Shown here one piece after another: positions 49,858 through 60,768 of a stretch of 64,000 nucleotides of DNA. Under the pieces are notes generated by a model. It made no database searches. It saw only the letters and a list, made by a program, of their open reading frames with translations, and had not been told where the DNA came from. The position numbers and the translations under genes were made by a program. Numbering within the stretch: position 1 is the first letter of the stretch; the number at the start of each line of letters is the position of its first letter. This DNA is from a bacterium HR21 (lineage in GTDB: Bacteria; Bacteroidota; Ignavibacteria; Kapaibacteriales; HRBIN21), in the NCBI GenBank assembly GCA_002898295.1, contig BEHX01000001.1:265473-329472 (forward strand), written 5' to 3'.

Positions 49858-51853
49858 GGCGTAACTTCCGCACGCAGTACCTTAGGACAATCTCCACATC
49901 GAGTGCGATGGAGAAGTGGCGTACATAGTACTCATTGAGCTGCCGTATGACCGCGACCGGCAAGCGCGCTCCTCCGCTCAGATGTGCCAGTCCAGTAAGC
50001 CCCGGCTTTCCAATGACGGACGACTCCCCTTCCACCACATAGATACCCACAACACTCCAGCGCCCCTGCACAACGCTCCACCAGCGCTGCCACCATGTCC
50101 GGCGCTGGGCACTCAAAAATACAAGAGGCGTCCCGAATGCGAGGGCGCACAGCGCAAGGCTCAGATCGAACAGGCGCTTCAGGAGGCGCAGCCGCGGGTG
50201 CAGCACCGGGTACATGACCCACGCTGGCTCTTGCCCGAGGATCTCGTGTGCGTAGCGCTGTGCCGAAAGCTCCTCGGCTCCCCCGACCAGGTAGAGCCGG
50301 ACACGCCAGGGTGCCAAGCGTTCCATCGTACCGACCAGCTCCCCGAGCGGGACATCGCCATCCACGACGACCAGCTCTTGAATCTCCCAGCGGGCAACCA
50401 GCTCAGGTAACTCCTCCCATGTTCCCAATACGGGTATTGTCGAAGGCGCCGTTTTCTCGTGCCCCGTACGGATCAGTCCGAGCACAATCGCCCTAGGGCT
50501 GCCTTCGTGTCCGTCCAGGAGCGCGGCTGCAACCGCTTCCACCTTCTTCCCAGTCCCGGCAAGAGCAACCCGCCGTGGGCTTATCCCATGCCGCAACCAG
50601 CTCCAGATCTGCACTCCTCCCCGGACCATGACACCCCAGAGAGCTCCTCCCATCACGGTCCCGAGCACAACCCAGCGGCTGAAGGCATAGTCTTTGAAGA
50701 AAAAGGTCAGCGAGGCGACCACGAAAAAGCACAGCCCATATACCATCAGCGCCCGGGCAATCTGCACGCGGCGCTCCAGGTAATCTCCAAAAAGCAGCAT
50801 GAGCCCCAGGAGCACCATCCCGAGCACCAGGAAGACGGTCGGGTAGGCGTACGCCGGAAAGCCGAAGAAGCTCCCGAAGCGTAGCCGCGTTGCCAGCAGG
50901 AGCGCCGCCACAATGCCCAGCAGGTCCGCAGCCCCGAGCAGCCACAGCTGCGGAAAACGCGCCGCCCGGGCAAGGAGCCGCCGCACCCAAATCCCCGCGT
51001 ACAACAGCGGCGCCAGCAGCGAATGCCCGTAGTAGCGGCGCACAAAGATGCGCATGGCATCGTAGAAGTGATGCACCGCATCGACGCTGGAACGGCGTGC
51101 ACTCTCCCCTTTGAAGTGCAAAATCGTTGCTGTCCCAACATACCCAATACGCCAGCCCGCCTGATGCGCCCGGTAGCACAGATCCACATCCTCGCCGTAG
51201 AGGAAGTACTCCGGGTCAAATCCCCGCAGCTGCCGCAAAACCTCGCGACGGCAGAACATGAAAGAGCCCGAGATCACCTCCGTATAGCCCACTTCCACCT
51301 CCGGGCGGAATCCTTGAGAGTAGCGCGCGAACAAGGGTGACCGGGGAAACAGCCGCTCCAGTCCAAAAAGGCGCGTAAAGGCAGCCCACGGTGTTGGGAA
51401 CCCTCGGCGGCACGCCGACTGAAACGACCCGTCGGCGTTGAGCACTCGACAGCCGGCAATACCTACCTCGGGATGCTCCTCCATATACGTGCGCAACGTC
51501 GTGAGCGTTTCGGGATGCACCAGTGTATCGGGATTGAGCAGCAAGATGTAGCATCCCCGCGCCCGGGCGATACCGACATTGTTTGCCCGTCCAAACCCGA
51601 TGTTGACCGGGAGCGCAATCCAGTGCACCTGCGGGAACTCCGCTCGGAGTCTGTCCACTGTGCCGTCCTCCGAGGCGTTGTCCACCACGATGACCTCGGC
51701 ACTCATGTCCTTCAGCGCCACATAGACCGAGCGCAAGCACTGCCGCAGCAGCTCTGCCACATTGTAGCTGACAATCACCACCGAAAGCTCCAGTGTCGGC
51801 GGCTCCTGCAGGAAGTCCTCAGTCAGCGGGGTCGGTGTAGTATCGCTTCTCAT
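49835..51853 (-). CDS. Bifunctional-looking glycosyltransferase: N-terminal GT2 domain fused to a WbaP-type polyprenyl-phosphate glycosylphosphotransferase scaffold with an internally deleted (probably inactive) catalytic domain
   Basis: GT2 part: [13 protein letters not shown]...[10 protein letters not shown]...[10 protein letters not shown]. Then 4-5 TM helices and a WbaP-like cytoplasmic domain. The terminal PGT region [11 protein letters not shown]...[14 protein letters not shown]...ALDVEIV lacks the KFRTM/DE/PRP core that is present in the neighbouring intact PGT (52567..54030). Confidence 0.6.
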   Translation of the reverse strand: MRSDTTPTPLTEDFLQEPPTLELSVVIVSYNVAELLRQCLRSVYVALKDMSAEVIVVDNASEDGTVDRLRAEFPQVHWIALPVNIGFGRANNVGIARARGCYILLLNPDTLVHPETLTTLRTYMEEHPEVGIAGCRVLNADGSFQSACRRGFPTPWAAFTRLFGLERLFPRSPLFARYSQGFRPEVEVGYTEVISGSFMFCRREVLRQLRGFDPEYFLYGEDVDLCYRAHQAGWRIGYVGTATILHFKGESARRSSVDAVHHFYDAMRIFVRRYYGHSLLAPLLYAGIWVRRLLARAARFPQLWLLGAADLLGIVAALLLATRLRFGSFFGFPAYAYPTVFLVLGMVLLGLMLLFGDYLERRVQIARALMVYGLCFFVVASLTFFFKDYAFSRWVVLGTVMGGALWGVMVRGGVQIWSWLRHGISPRRVALAGTGKKVEAVAAALLDGHEGSPRAIVLGLIRTGHEKTAPSTIPVLGTWEELPELVARWEIQELVVVDGDVPLGELVGTMERLAPWRVRLYLVGGAEELSAQRYAHEILGQEPAWVMYPVLHPRLRLLKRLFDLSLALCALAFGTPLVFLSAQRRTWWQRWWSVVQGRWSVVGIYVVEGESSVIGKPGLTGLAHLSGGARLPVAVIRQLNEYYVRHFSIALDVEIVLRYCVRKLRREVRAGL

Positions 51854-52562
51854 CGCGGAGCAAGCTCGACAATCGCAGACGCCAGACCATCCACGCCGCC
51901 TCGTAGACAATGGTGCGGTTGAGCTTCGAGATGCCGCTACGGCGGTCGACAAAGATAATGGGAACCTCGACAATCCGGCAACCCAAGCGCCAGAGACGGT
52001 AGGTCACCTCGATTTGGAAGGCGTACCCATTGGAGCGGATCCGCTCCCAGCGAATCCGCCGCAGGACGCCTGCCCGGAAAGCTTTGAACCCGCTGGTGGC
52101 ATCGGCAACGGGCATGCCTGTCACCCAGCGTGTGTAGCGATTGGCAAGCCAACTCAGCAGGAGCCGCCCCATGGGCCAATTGACCACATTGACCCCGCTG
52201 ATGTAGCGGGAACCGATGACAACATCGGCGTGGTCGAGCGCGGCGATCAGCCGCGGGACATCGTGCGGATCGTGGGAGAAATCGGCATCCATCTGCACCA
52301 GGACCTCATAGTCGCGGGCGAGCGCCCATTGGAACCCCTGGCAATAGGCCGACCCCAGCCCCAGTTTTGCAGGGCGCTGCAGGAGATGGACCCGCCCGGG
52401 AGCCTCCCGCTGCCAGTGCTGCACCTCCTGTGCTGTCCCATCGGGGGAAGCATCATCCACGACGAGCACCTCCGGCTCCTCCGACAGGGCGAGCAGCACC
52501 GGGAGCAGTGCAGCGATGTTCTCCCGCTCGTTGTAAGTCGGTATCACAATGAGCGTCCGCAC
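51819..52562 (-). CDS. Polyprenol-phosphate glycosyltransferase (GT2; DPM1/ArnC-like)
   Basis: MRTLIVIPTYNERENIAALL ... VVDDASPDGT ... DADFSHDP are the DPM1-like GT2 motifs; 247 aa. Confidence 0.8.
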   Translation of the reverse strand: MRTLIVIPTYNERENIAALLPVLLALSEEPEVLVVDDASPDGTAQEVQHWQREAPGRVHLLQRPAKLGLGSAYCQGFQWALARDYEVLVQMDADFSHDPHDVPRLIAALDHADVVIGSRYISGVNVVNWPMGRLLLSWLANRYTRWVTGMPVADATSGFKAFRAGVLRRIRWERIRSNGYAFQIEVTYRLWRLGCRIVEVPIIFVDRRSGISKLNRTIVYEAAWMVWRLRLSSLLRDEKRYYTDPAD

Positions 52563-52566
52563 CGGT

Positions 52567-54030
52567 TCAAATCCCCTTGCCGGTGAGCATCACCCAGAGC
52601 GTGCGGAGCATGATTTCCAGATCCAGCGCCAGCGATTGGTGTTCGATGTAGTAGAAATCCATCTCCACCCGGCGCCGGACTCCCTCCGGGGTAGGCTCAT
52701 CCCACCCCGGACGACGGCACACCTGCCACCACCCGGTCACACCTGGCTTGACAATGTGCCGCCGTGGGTACTCAGGCACCATCTCCGTGAAGAGCCGGAC
52801 GTAGTACGGACGTTCCGGACGGGGACCGACCAGGCTCATTTCGCCTCTGAGGACATTCCACAGCTGCGGAATCTCATCCAGATGGGTCCGCCGCAACCAG
52901 CGCCCCACGCGGGTAATGCGCGGATCTTCCCGGTGACGCCACGCCACATCGGGATTGCCTTCCGGGAGCATCGTGCGGAACTTGTACAGACGGAATGTCC
53001 TGCCCCCTTTGCCGACACGCTCTTGCACAAAGAGGATGGGTCTGCCGCTATCGAGCCAGATTGCCAGGGCAATCAGCCCCCAGAGAGGCGCTCCGAGCAG
53101 GAGCACAAGGAGACTGATCGTCACATCGAGCGCCCGTTTCAGGAAGGATTGCCAGGGACGCAGGAGCTCAGGGTCTAGCTCCAAGAGCTGCGTGCCGTAC
53201 AAGCGCTCAATCCGTGCCAGTCCCATCGCCGTCCGGTAAAGGTCAGGCAGAATCTTCATCGGGCGCTGTGCCCCCGAGGCTGCCCCGACCACCTGCCAGA
53301 ACTCCTCCGGCTCAGCGGGCGAAAACGAGACCAGGAGCTCCTCCACGGGCAAGCGCGCCAGGAGCCCGGGCAACTCCTTGAGTGTCCCAACAACCGGGAC
53401 TCCGACCCCACCGTTCCAACTGTGGGACTTCTCCGAAAGCACAATACCCAGCGGCTCGTAGCCCCAGTGTGGGATCAGTGCAAGCTCGCGCACAAGCCGC
53501 TCGACTCCACCGGCATTGCCCACCAGGAGCACCGGAATGCGGTAAAGACCGCGCTGCCGCAGCTCCCGCTGCAGTGCCCGCACGGCAATTCGACCCATCC
53601 CAACCCCGAGCACGAGGACCACGGCGTAGAGCACCGAGACCGCCCGGAAATTGCTCCGATAGAATTCCCCACTATCACCGAGCACCAGCACCACGAGGAG
53701 TCCAATCCCGATGAGCACCGCGCGCACGACTGCACCGAGCTCCTCCAACGGCGGACGCCTATACCAGTTACGATACAACCCCAGCAGCCAAAACAGCAAT
53801 AGCCAATACCCTGTCAGTGCCCCCACAATCGCCGCCAACTCCCACCCCTGGGGAACCACCACAGACTCAAACCACCCACTGCCGAAGCGTAGCCATAAGT
53901 AGAGCAGCGTCCCCCCGACGAGTGCCAGGACATCGGCAACAAGCTGCAGAAAGACCGGTCCATACCACCACCTGTTCCAGCGGCTAACAGGAGCGTGCTC
54001 TACGGAAGGATGTACCGACACCGAGACCAT
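52567..54030 (-). CDS. Undecaprenyl-phosphate hexose-1-phosphate transferase (WbaP/WcaJ-type bacterial sugar transferase), initiating enzyme
   Basis: N-terminal TM helices, a CoA-binding-like domain, and a complete catalytic core ([53 protein letters not shown]). Confidence 0.88.
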   Translation of the reverse strand: MVSVSVHPSVEHAPVSRWNRWWYGPVFLQLVADVLALVGGTLLYLWLRFGSGWFESVVVPQGWELAAIVGALTGYWLLLFWLLGLYRNWYRRPPLEELGAVVRAVLIGIGLLVVLVLGDSGEFYRSNFRAVSVLYAVVLVLGVGMGRIAVRALQRELRQRGLYRIPVLLVGNAGGVERLVRELALIPHWGYEPLGIVLSEKSHSWNGGVGVPVVGTLKELPGLLARLPVEELLVSFSPAEPEEFWQVVGAASGAQRPMKILPDLYRTAMGLARIERLYGTQLLELDPELLRPWQSFLKRALDVTISLLVLLLGAPLWGLIALAIWLDSGRPILFVQERVGKGGRTFRLYKFRTMLPEGNPDVAWRHREDPRITRVGRWLRRTHLDEIPQLWNVLRGEMSLVGPRPERPYYVRLFTEMVPEYPRRHIVKPGVTGWWQVCRRPGWDEPTPEGVRRRVEMDFYYIEHQSLALDLEIMLRTLWVMLTGKGI

Positions 54031-54127
54031 GGCTACGGTGCAAAACTACTGGAGAGCACCCGACCGAACTGCTCCGCGGAGCGCACCGTGTATTTTTGTA
54101 GCCCGTCGAGCAACCAGCGCGTGCTGC

Positions 54128-54946
54128 ATGCGGATTTCTGTCATCACCGTCGTGCTCAACGATCCTCGGGTCGAGCGAGCGCTGGAGTCGCTCTTTGCCC
54201 AAGAGTGCGATGCCGAAATTGAGTCAATCCTCATCGACGGCGGCTCGGCTTCCCCGACACAGCAGATTCTGGAGCGCTACCGCCGGCGCGTCAGCATCTT
54301 CCTCAGCGAGCCTGATCGGGGAATCTACGACGCCATGAACAAAGGGCTGCGGCTGGCAACCGGTGATATTGTTGGCTTCCTCCATGCCGATGACCGCTAT
54401 GCCGATCGCTTCGTGCTCCGCGATATTGCCGCCGCCTTCGCAGATCCTGAACTCGACGCCTGCTACGGTGACGTGGTGTTCGTCTCGCCCCGCACCGGAC
54501 GCATTCTCCGCTACTGGCGTGCCGGACTCTACCGCCGCTGGAAGTACTACCTGGGCTGGATGCCGACTCATCTGACCTTCTTCCTCCGCCGCTCAGTCTA
54601 CGAGCGGTTCGGTGGCTACGACCTTGCCTATCCCATTGCGGCTGACTACGAGCTGATGTTTCGCCTGCTCTTCCTGGGCGCCATTCGCCGCGTGTACTAC
54701 ATCCCGCGTGTCCTGGTATGTATGGACGCCGGAGGAGCCAGCAACGGCTCTGTTCGCGCCATCCTGAAAGGCAACTGGGAATGCTGGCAGACATGGAAGC
54801 ATCATGGACGGGCGTTGCAAGGGCTACTGGTCCCGATCGCCAAACCACTGCGGAAGTTGGGACAATTCCTGCGCCGTCCCCCGGTGACACCAGAAGTTTT
54901 GCGTTCGCCTCTCCGGCATTCTCCCCTCATCGCCGCAGAAGATTGA
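54128..54946 (+). CDS. Glycosyltransferase family 2
   Basis: MRISVITVVLNDP ... FLSEPDRGIYDAMNKG ... LHADDRY are GT2 (SpsA-like) motifs. ORF 54029..54946 trimmed to this Met. Confidence 0.78.
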   Translation: MRISVITVVLNDPRVERALESLFAQECDAEIESILIDGGSASPTQQILERYRRRVSIFLSEPDRGIYDAMNKGLRLATGDIVGFLHADDRYADRFVLRDIAAAFADPELDACYGDVVFVSPRTGRILRYWRAGLYRRWKYYLGWMPTHLTFFLRRSVYERFGGYDLAYPIAADYELMFRLLFLGAIRRVYYIPRVLVCMDAGGASNGSVRAILKGNWECWQTWKHHGRALQGLLVPIAKPLRKLGQFLRRPPVTPEVLRSPLRHSPLIAAED

Positions 54947-56696
54947 GGATGGTGGTCACGATGAAGGTGAGCGTGGAGGCAGCTCCGACCAGCACGGTAT
55001 AGAGCTGCAGCTCAGCTTGCTGCTGTGCCCAGGCGGGGACATCCAGCCGGCGGGGCACGTAGATCTCATCCCCGGGCTGGAGAGCCCCGGCTTGCTCCGG
55101 GGTCAGCCAAGTGCGGGTTGCCCCACGCAGCACCCGAACCCGTCTCGGATCGGCTCCCACCGCATACCCGCCGACGTGCTCGATGTACCACCTCGCCGGC
55201 TTTCCAGGCTCAAACGGAACAAGTCCCGGGCTATGGACTTGCCCCCAGACAGCAACGGTAGCGGAAGTGTGCGGGATCACGATAAGGTCGCCATCCTCCA
55301 GCGGCACGTCGTGGCGGGCATCCCCATGGCGCAGGAGTGCAACGAAGTCCACCGCAACGAGTGAGCGCTGGAGGCGCATGTCAAGCGCATAGCGCACGGT
55401 ATCCTCAAGCCGCAAGTCGCTATAGAGAAAGCGACGGTATAGCTCCAGCTCCGCCGGCAACCGAGGATCACTCAGGGCGAGTTCCCGAGCAGGCACGCGC
55501 TCGATATAGGCATGCGGAAGCGAGGCACGCGCTGTCACGCCGCCGGCACGCTCGAGTAGCTCCCGCAGCCGCGTCCGCCCCGGCTCGATGACGTAGGCTC
55601 CCGGACGGGCAACAGCCCCGACGACGTGCACAATTCCCCGGCGCTCCAATCCCGCGCTGGGATGCTCCGGGACCACAACGGCGCTTCCCGGCGTGAGCTC
55701 CAGGTCCGGTGTCGGACGCCCCGTTGTGTCCAGCTGCGCCTGCTGCGGCGGTTGCCCCGGGGGATATACCCAGACAACGCCTTCGACCCCTTCCCGCACG
55801 CCTCCTGCCAGACGGAGCAGGAAAGAGAGCCGGTCACCCGGTCGATAGGCAACCCGCAGCGGCTGCCGCACCGCTCCACCGATAGACACGGTCGGGTATC
55901 CCTCCGCCGGAGGTGCCGGGACGATGATTTCCAAGCCTTCGCTCACCGCCGGATCTGCCGCGCCATCCCCCAGGGCGCGCCCCCGTTCCAGATCCGCTGT
56001 CTGCAGCCGCCCGTCGGAGAAGCGCAGGAGAACATTGCGCGTGCAGTAGCTCGGAAGAGGCGGGACAGCGCTGCTTTCCCACTGCCGTGCCTGAATTTCC
56101 TGCAGGGATTGGACCTCTCCCAGAGGCGTCGGTCGCCGTCCGGCAGTGCTACCGCCGTGCTCTCCGCGCATAGCCATGCGGATCGCCGTGGAGACCCGAA
56201 CGCTTGCCGGCAGGACATAGACTCCGGGGAAGCGGACGTAGCCACCGACGGTCACCAGCACCTGCCGCGGGACGAGCAGCTGCAGCTCAAGGCTGGCTTC
56301 TGGGTTGCGCTGCTGGATGCGCTGCTGCAGCTCCCGGCGGACCTCCGCCAGGCTCTTGCCGTGGACAGTCAACACTCCCAGGCGCGGCACGAGGATATCC
56401 CCCGTTGCAGACACGCTCACCCGGTGCGTCTGCACAACCGGTGCCAGCACATGGACTGCCAACACATCGCCGGGACCGAGTCGGTACTCCTCTGGGGCAA
56501 CAACGCCATCGGTTGGCGGAAGCTGTGGCAGTGCCTCGCGCAGCGTCTCCAGCGCCCCTCTCTCCTCGAGCAGCTGCCACAGGGATTGCGGAAGGGACAA
56601 GCGCCCTGCGTCCTGTCCCCACAGGAGGCTACTCCACAGGCAGGCGCAAACAATGTTCGAGCACAATGCGCGCAATCCGTTCAGCTGCATGTCCAT
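54927..56696 (-). CDS. Polysaccharide export protein (Wza-like; Poly_export + SLBB domains)
   Basis: Signal peptide; GPGDVLAVHV...TGDILVPRLGVLTVHGKSLAEVRREL (Poly_export); repeated SLBB-like segments; C-terminal TM helix (LVGAASTLTFIVTTILNLL). 5' end overlaps wecB by ~65 nt. Confidence 0.72.
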   Translation of the reverse strand: MDMQLNGLRALCSNIVCACLWSSLLWGQDAGRLSLPQSLWQLLEERGALETLREALPQLPPTDGVVAPEEYRLGPGDVLAVHVLAPVVQTHRVSVSATGDILVPRLGVLTVHGKSLAEVRRELQQRIQQRNPEASLELQLLVPRQVLVTVGGYVRFPGVYVLPASVRVSTAIRMAMRGEHGGSTAGRRPTPLGEVQSLQEIQARQWESSAVPPLPSYCTRNVLLRFSDGRLQTADLERGRALGDGAADPAVSEGLEIIVPAPPAEGYPTVSIGGAVRQPLRVAYRPGDRLSFLLRLAGGVREGVEGVVWVYPPGQPPQQAQLDTTGRPTPDLELTPGSAVVVPEHPSAGLERRGIVHVVGAVARPGAYVIEPGRTRLRELLERAGGVTARASLPHAYIERVPARELALSDPRLPAELELYRRFLYSDLRLEDTVRYALDMRLQRSLVAVDFVALLRHGDARHDVPLEDGDLIVIPHTSATVAVWGQVHSPGLVPFEPGKPARWYIEHVGGYAVGADPRRVRVLRGATRTWLTPEQAGALQPGDEIYVPRRLDVPAWAQQQAELQLYTVLVGAASTLTFIVTTILNLLRR

Positions 56697-57738
56697 CCCA
56701 GAGCGGTGGAACTGTTCCCTGTTTGCGCTCCCCCTGGCGGAGCGCCCGCAGTGCGGCACGGAGTGCTTCCGGTTCCGGCGGCACCAGCTGGTTTGTGCCC
56801 AGCTGGCAGGTGATCGGGCGCTCTGTGCTGGTGCGTAGCGTCACGCACGGGATGCCCAAGTAGGTTGTCTCTTCTTGAATGCCGCCGGAATCGGTCAGAA
56901 CGAAGTCCGCTTCCAGCACCAGCGCCAGGAATTCCACATAGCTCAACGGGGGCAACACGTGCAGCGGCGCCAAAAGCGGGCTCAATCCAAAGCGCTCCAC
57001 CGCCTGGCGTGTCCGCGGATGAGCCGGGAAGAGCACTGTCCGCCACTGCGCCAATTCTGCCAGAATCTCCAGCAGCAGGCGCAGCCGCACCGGATCATCC
57101 ACATTGCTGGGGCGGTGGAGCGTGACGACGACGTACTGCCGCGGAGCCACCCCGAGCCGTTCCCGAATCGGATGCGCTCGGGCTTTCGGAAGGGCAAACA
57201 GCAAGGAGTCAATCATCGTGTTGCCCACCAGGAAGATGCGCTCCGGCGGCGCCCCTTCGCGACGCAGATTCTCCACCCCACTGGGCTCGGTAACGAAGAA
57301 GTAGTCAGCGATCGCATCGGTGGCAATCCGGTTGATCTCCTCCGGCATCGTGCGGTCAAAGCTCCGCAGTCCTGCCTCCACGTGCGCTACCGGTATCCCC
57401 AGTTTGACCGCGGTCAACGCACAGGCAATGGTGGAGTTGACATCGCCGACCACAATGACCAGATGCGGACGCAGCTCTAAGCAGACCGGTTCGAATGCGA
57501 GCATAATGCGAGCCGTCTGCTGCGCGTGGGTCCCCGAGCCAACCCCCAGGAACACTGCCGGCTCGGGCATCTCCAGGTCGGCAAAGAAGACGTCGGACAT
57601 CTCCGCATCGTAGTGCTGCCCGGTGTGCACGATGAGGTGTTCTACCCGGTCGGCATAGCGTGCAAAGGCGCGATGGAGCGGGGCAACTTTCATGTAATTC
57701 GGGCGCGCACCAACCACGGAAATGACCCGTGCTGTCAT
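56629..57738 (-). CDS. wecB: UDP-N-acetylglucosamine 2-epimerase (non-hydrolysing)
   Basis: ISVVGARPNYMKVAPL ... HVEAGLRS ... LTDSGGIQEE motifs; 369 aa. Confidence 0.88.
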   Translation of the reverse strand: MTARVISVVGARPNYMKVAPLHRAFARYADRVEHLIVHTGQHYDAEMSDVFFADLEMPEPAVFLGVGSGTHAQQTARIMLAFEPVCLELRPHLVIVVGDVNSTIACALTAVKLGIPVAHVEAGLRSFDRTMPEEINRIATDAIADYFFVTEPSGVENLRREGAPPERIFLVGNTMIDSLLFALPKARAHPIRERLGVAPRQYVVVTLHRPSNVDDPVRLRLLLEILAELAQWRTVLFPAHPRTRQAVERFGLSPLLAPLHVLPPLSYVEFLALVLEADFVLTDSGGIQEETTYLGIPCVTLRTSTERPITCQLGTNQLVPPEPEALRAALRALRQGERKQGTVPPLWDGHAAERIARIVLEHCLRLPVE

Positions 57739-59087
57739 CGCCCGCTGCCGAGGAGCACAACTCGGGCACGTGAGCGCCGCACATGGCGACAGGCATTGCG
57801 TGTATCGATGACGACCCGGCTCCAGCGGCAGACCATCTCGTAGTCTACGCCGCTGTGATCGGTCGTGATCACAACGATGTGCTGCTGCCGCAGCAGCGTG
57901 GGTGTCAACTCCGGCATGGACTCCAGCCTCCGACCCAGGAACTCCACAGAGCGGATGTACGGATCGTAGTAGGCGAGCTGCCGGACACCGTCGTGCCAGA
58001 GCAATTCCATAATCTTGAGCGCCGGCGAATGCCGCAGGTCATCCACATCTCGCTTGAAGGCAACGCCCAGGAAGAGGACACGGGCACGCTCCAGCGACAC
58101 CGGTAGGCGGGCAATCTCCCGCTCGATAAGTCCCCGCACGTAGAAGGGCATGGACTCATTGACCTCCGCTGCCAGCGTGACGAAATTGGTCACAAAGTCA
58201 TACCGCCGTGCCACCCACGCCAGGTAGTACGGGTCAATCAGAATGCAGTGCCCACCGATACCCGGTCCAGGATAGAAGGGCATAAAGCCGAAAGGCTTCG
58301 TCGAGGCTGCCTCAATCACCTCCCAGATGTTGACCCCGAGCCGGTCGCAGAGTTGTGCCATCTCGTTGACCAGCGCGATGTTGACGCTGCGGAAGATGTT
58401 CTCCAGCAGCTTTGCCATCTCGGCAACCCGCGGGTTCCGCACCGGGACGACCTTCTGCACCACGAGCTCGAGAGCAGCTACCGCCAGCTCCGTACAGCGT
58501 TCGGTGACTCCACCGACCACCACGGGCGTGTTCGCCGTTGTCCAGACCCGATTCCCCGGATCAACCCGCTCGGGCGAGAACGCCAGGAAAAAATCCTCCC
58601 CAACCTGCAGCCCCGTCCGCTGGAGGAGGGGCAGCACGTACTCCTCGGTGGTGCCCGGGAAAGTCGTGCTCTTCAGCACGATGAGCTGTCCCGGACGGAG
58701 GGTCGCTGCGATGCTCTCGGTTGCCTGCAAGATGAAGGAAATGTCGGGATCTTTATGGGCGGTGAAGGGGGTTGGCACGCAGATGAAGAGCACATCGCAG
58801 TCGGCACAATGCCGGAAGTCTCCCGTCGGGATGAGCCGCCCGGTCTGGACCTGTTCGGCAAGTGCTGCTGTGGGAACGTCCCGGATATAGGACTGCCCCT
58901 GCTGGAGCTGGGAGATCTTCTCCGGCTTGATATCGAAGCCGAAGGTGCGAATACCAGCACGGGCGTACTCCAGCGCCAGTGGCAGCCCAACGTAGCCCAT
59001 GCCGAGAACGCCGACCGTGAGACGGCGTCGGCGAATGCGTTCGCGCAAATCCTCCCTGCTGGTTCGATGTCTGCCCATGGTGCTCAC
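57735..59087 (-). CDS. Nucleotide-sugar dehydrogenase (UDP-N-acetyl-D-mannosamine / UDP-glucose 6-dehydrogenase family)
   Basis: Rossmann VLGMGYVGLPLAL; catalytic region ...GIGGHCILIDP... Next to wecB, which suggests WecC-like function. Confidence 0.82.
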   Translation of the reverse strand: MSTMGRHRTSREDLRERIRRRRLTVGVLGMGYVGLPLALEYARAGIRTFGFDIKPEKISQLQQGQSYIRDVPTAALAEQVQTGRLIPTGDFRHCADCDVLFICVPTPFTAHKDPDISFILQATESIAATLRPGQLIVLKSTTFPGTTEEYVLPLLQRTGLQVGEDFFLAFSPERVDPGNRVWTTANTPVVVGGVTERCTELAVAALELVVQKVVPVRNPRVAEMAKLLENIFRSVNIALVNEMAQLCDRLGVNIWEVIEAASTKPFGFMPFYPGPGIGGHCILIDPYYLAWVARRYDFVTNFVTLAAEVNESMPFYVRGLIEREIARLPVSLERARVLFLGVAFKRDVDDLRHSPALKIMELLWHDGVRQLAYYDPYIRSVEFLGRRLESMPELTPTLLRQQHIVVITTDHSGVDYEMVCRWSRVVIDTRNACRHVRRSRARVVLLGSGR

Positions 59088-60130
59088 GGCATACTCTCTC
59101 CAGAGCGCAACATCTGCTCATACCACAGCCGTCGGTAGCGGGCGTACTCCCCATTCCAGAGCGGCTCCCACCAGGCTCGATTCTGGCGGTACCACTGGAC
59201 CGTCTGCTCCAGTCCTTCGTCGAAGGACACCCGCGGCTCCCATCCCAAGCTGCGGAGCCGGTCCCATTGCAGGGCATAGCGCCGGTCGTGTCCGGGGCGG
59301 TCAGGCACTGAGCGCAGCAGGCTCACCGATGCTCCCACCAGCTCCAGGATGCGGGTCACCACGTGCCGATTCTCCCACTCCACCCCACTGCTGACGTGGT
59401 AGACATTGCCGGGCTGACCAACGCAGCAGAGCAACCACAATGCCCGGCAGAGGTCCTCCACCGCCAGCCACTGCCGTCGCTGCGAGCCGTCTCCATAGAG
59501 AGGGATAGGTTCTCCCTGCAGCGCACAGAGGATGCTCATCGGGATGAGCTTCTCCGGGAACTGGTACGGTCCGTAGACGTTGCAACTGCGCACCAGGAAT
59601 GCCGGCACGCCGTAGGTACGCACGTACGCCTGCACGAAGCAATCCGCTGCCGCCTTCGAGGCGGCATAGGGAGAGCTGGGCATCAGCGGAGCATCTTCTG
59701 CCCACGCCCCAGTGAGGCACTCGCCGTAGACCTCGTCTGTGGACATCTGCACGAAGCGCCGGATGCCGAGCCGCCGGGCAACCTCCAGCAATGTCACTGT
59801 CCCCCGCACATTTGTGTCAACGAAGGGGTGGGCGTCAAGAATGGAGCGGTCGACGTGCGTGTGTGCTGCCAGATTGACGATTGTGTCGACCCGCGCGCGC
59901 TGGCATAGCTCCTGCACAAGCTCAGCGTCTTCAACCCGCCCGTGCACGATTTGGCACCGTGGATTCCCTTCGAGCTGCGCCAGATTCCGCCGCTGACCGG
60001 CGTAGGTGAAGGCATCGAGCACGATGACCCGAACATCGGTCTGCTGCAGAAGGTAGCGAACGAAGTTCGTCCCGATAAACCCCGCCCCACCGGTAACCAG
60101 GAGGGTCCGAGGGGCTACCTGCTCGCCCAT
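59084..60130 (-). CDS. rfbB: dTDP-glucose 4,6-dehydratase (or closely related SDR NDP-sugar dehydratase)
   Basis: TGGAGFIGTNFVRYLL ... catalytic YAASKAAADCFV ... RSCNVYGPYQFPEKLIP. Start trimmed to MGEQVAP. Confidence 0.82.
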   Translation of the reverse strand: MGEQVAPRTLLVTGGAGFIGTNFVRYLLQQTDVRVIVLDAFTYAGQRRNLAQLEGNPRCQIVHGRVEDAELVQELCQRARVDTIVNLAAHTHVDRSILDAHPFVDTNVRGTVTLLEVARRLGIRRFVQMSTDEVYGECLTGAWAEDAPLMPSSPYAASKAAADCFVQAYVRTYGVPAFLVRSCNVYGPYQFPEKLIPMSILCALQGEPIPLYGDGSQRRQWLAVEDLCRALWLLCCVGQPGNVYHVSSGVEWENRHVVTRILELVGASVSLLRSVPDRPGHDRRYALQWDRLRSLGWEPRVSFDEGLEQTVQWYRQNRAWWEPLWNGEYARYRRLWYEQMLRSGESMP

Positions 60131-60200
60131 GAGCACGCCCTCGCTGCCATGCCTGCTTGCTCGTCTATGTGCGTTGTTCGCGTTCCGGAAAGGCCCCACG

Positions 60201-60764
60201 ATGGGCGCGAAATTACTGCACACACTTGCCTGTCTTGCACTCAGCAGCACTCCGCTTTGGGGGCAATTTTTCCTGGACTTCTACTCGCAGGGGACGCTCG
60301 CCTGGCGTTTCCTGCGGAGCTCCGCAGCGGAGCTGCACGCGCTTCCCACAGTCGGGGTAGGGATCGCTAGCCGCCCACGCCCATTTTTCGCCTTCGGTCT
60401 CGACGTCACGCTCAGCGGTATGCAGATACGCACCGCCGAACAGACCCAGTACGCCGTTTGGGGTGAATTCCACTACCGCCTCCTCCTGCACGTGCGGTAC
60501 CGGCAGCGGGCGGAGGTGACCCCGAGCTTAGGACTCGAGTGGAGCATTCCCTTCGGGCTTGTCGGCTCGCAGGGCTGGCGCGGACAGGTAGTCCACGATC
60601 TCCGCTCCGTCCGATTCGGCACCTTTGCCGGGCTGAGCGCCCCGCTGCCGGGCAGACGGCGGTACATCCACTTGTTCCTCGGCGGGCAGTGGTTCCTGCG
60701 CTCCCCAGGCGCTCTTTCCGGGGCATTTCTCCCCGAGGTCAGGCTCGTGTGGGAAAGCCCGTAG
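60201..60764 (+). CDS. Hypothetical small outer-membrane beta-barrel-like protein
   Basis: Signal peptide MGAKLLHTLACLALSSTPLWGQ; alternating hydrophobic pattern; no motifs recognised. Confidence 0.35.
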   Translation: MGAKLLHTLACLALSSTPLWGQFFLDFYSQGTLAWRFLRSSAAELHALPTVGVGIASRPRPFFAFGLDVTLSGMQIRTAEQTQYAVWGEFHYRLLLHVRYRQRAEVTPSLGLEWSIPFGLVGSQGWRGQVVHDLRSVRFGTFAGLSAPLPGRRRYIHLFLGGQWFLRSPGALSGAFLPEVRLVWESP

Positions 60765-60768
60765 AAGC

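Noticed and set aside
56629-56759. ~65-130-nt overlap between wecB (3' end) and the Wza-like gene (5' end) as a possible frameshift or fusion
   Set aside because: Both reading frames have intact, family-typical termini (wecB ends ...DGHAAERIARIVLEH; Wza begins with a signal peptide). Interpreted as a genuine out-of-frame overlap or a slightly later Wza start, not a pseudogene.
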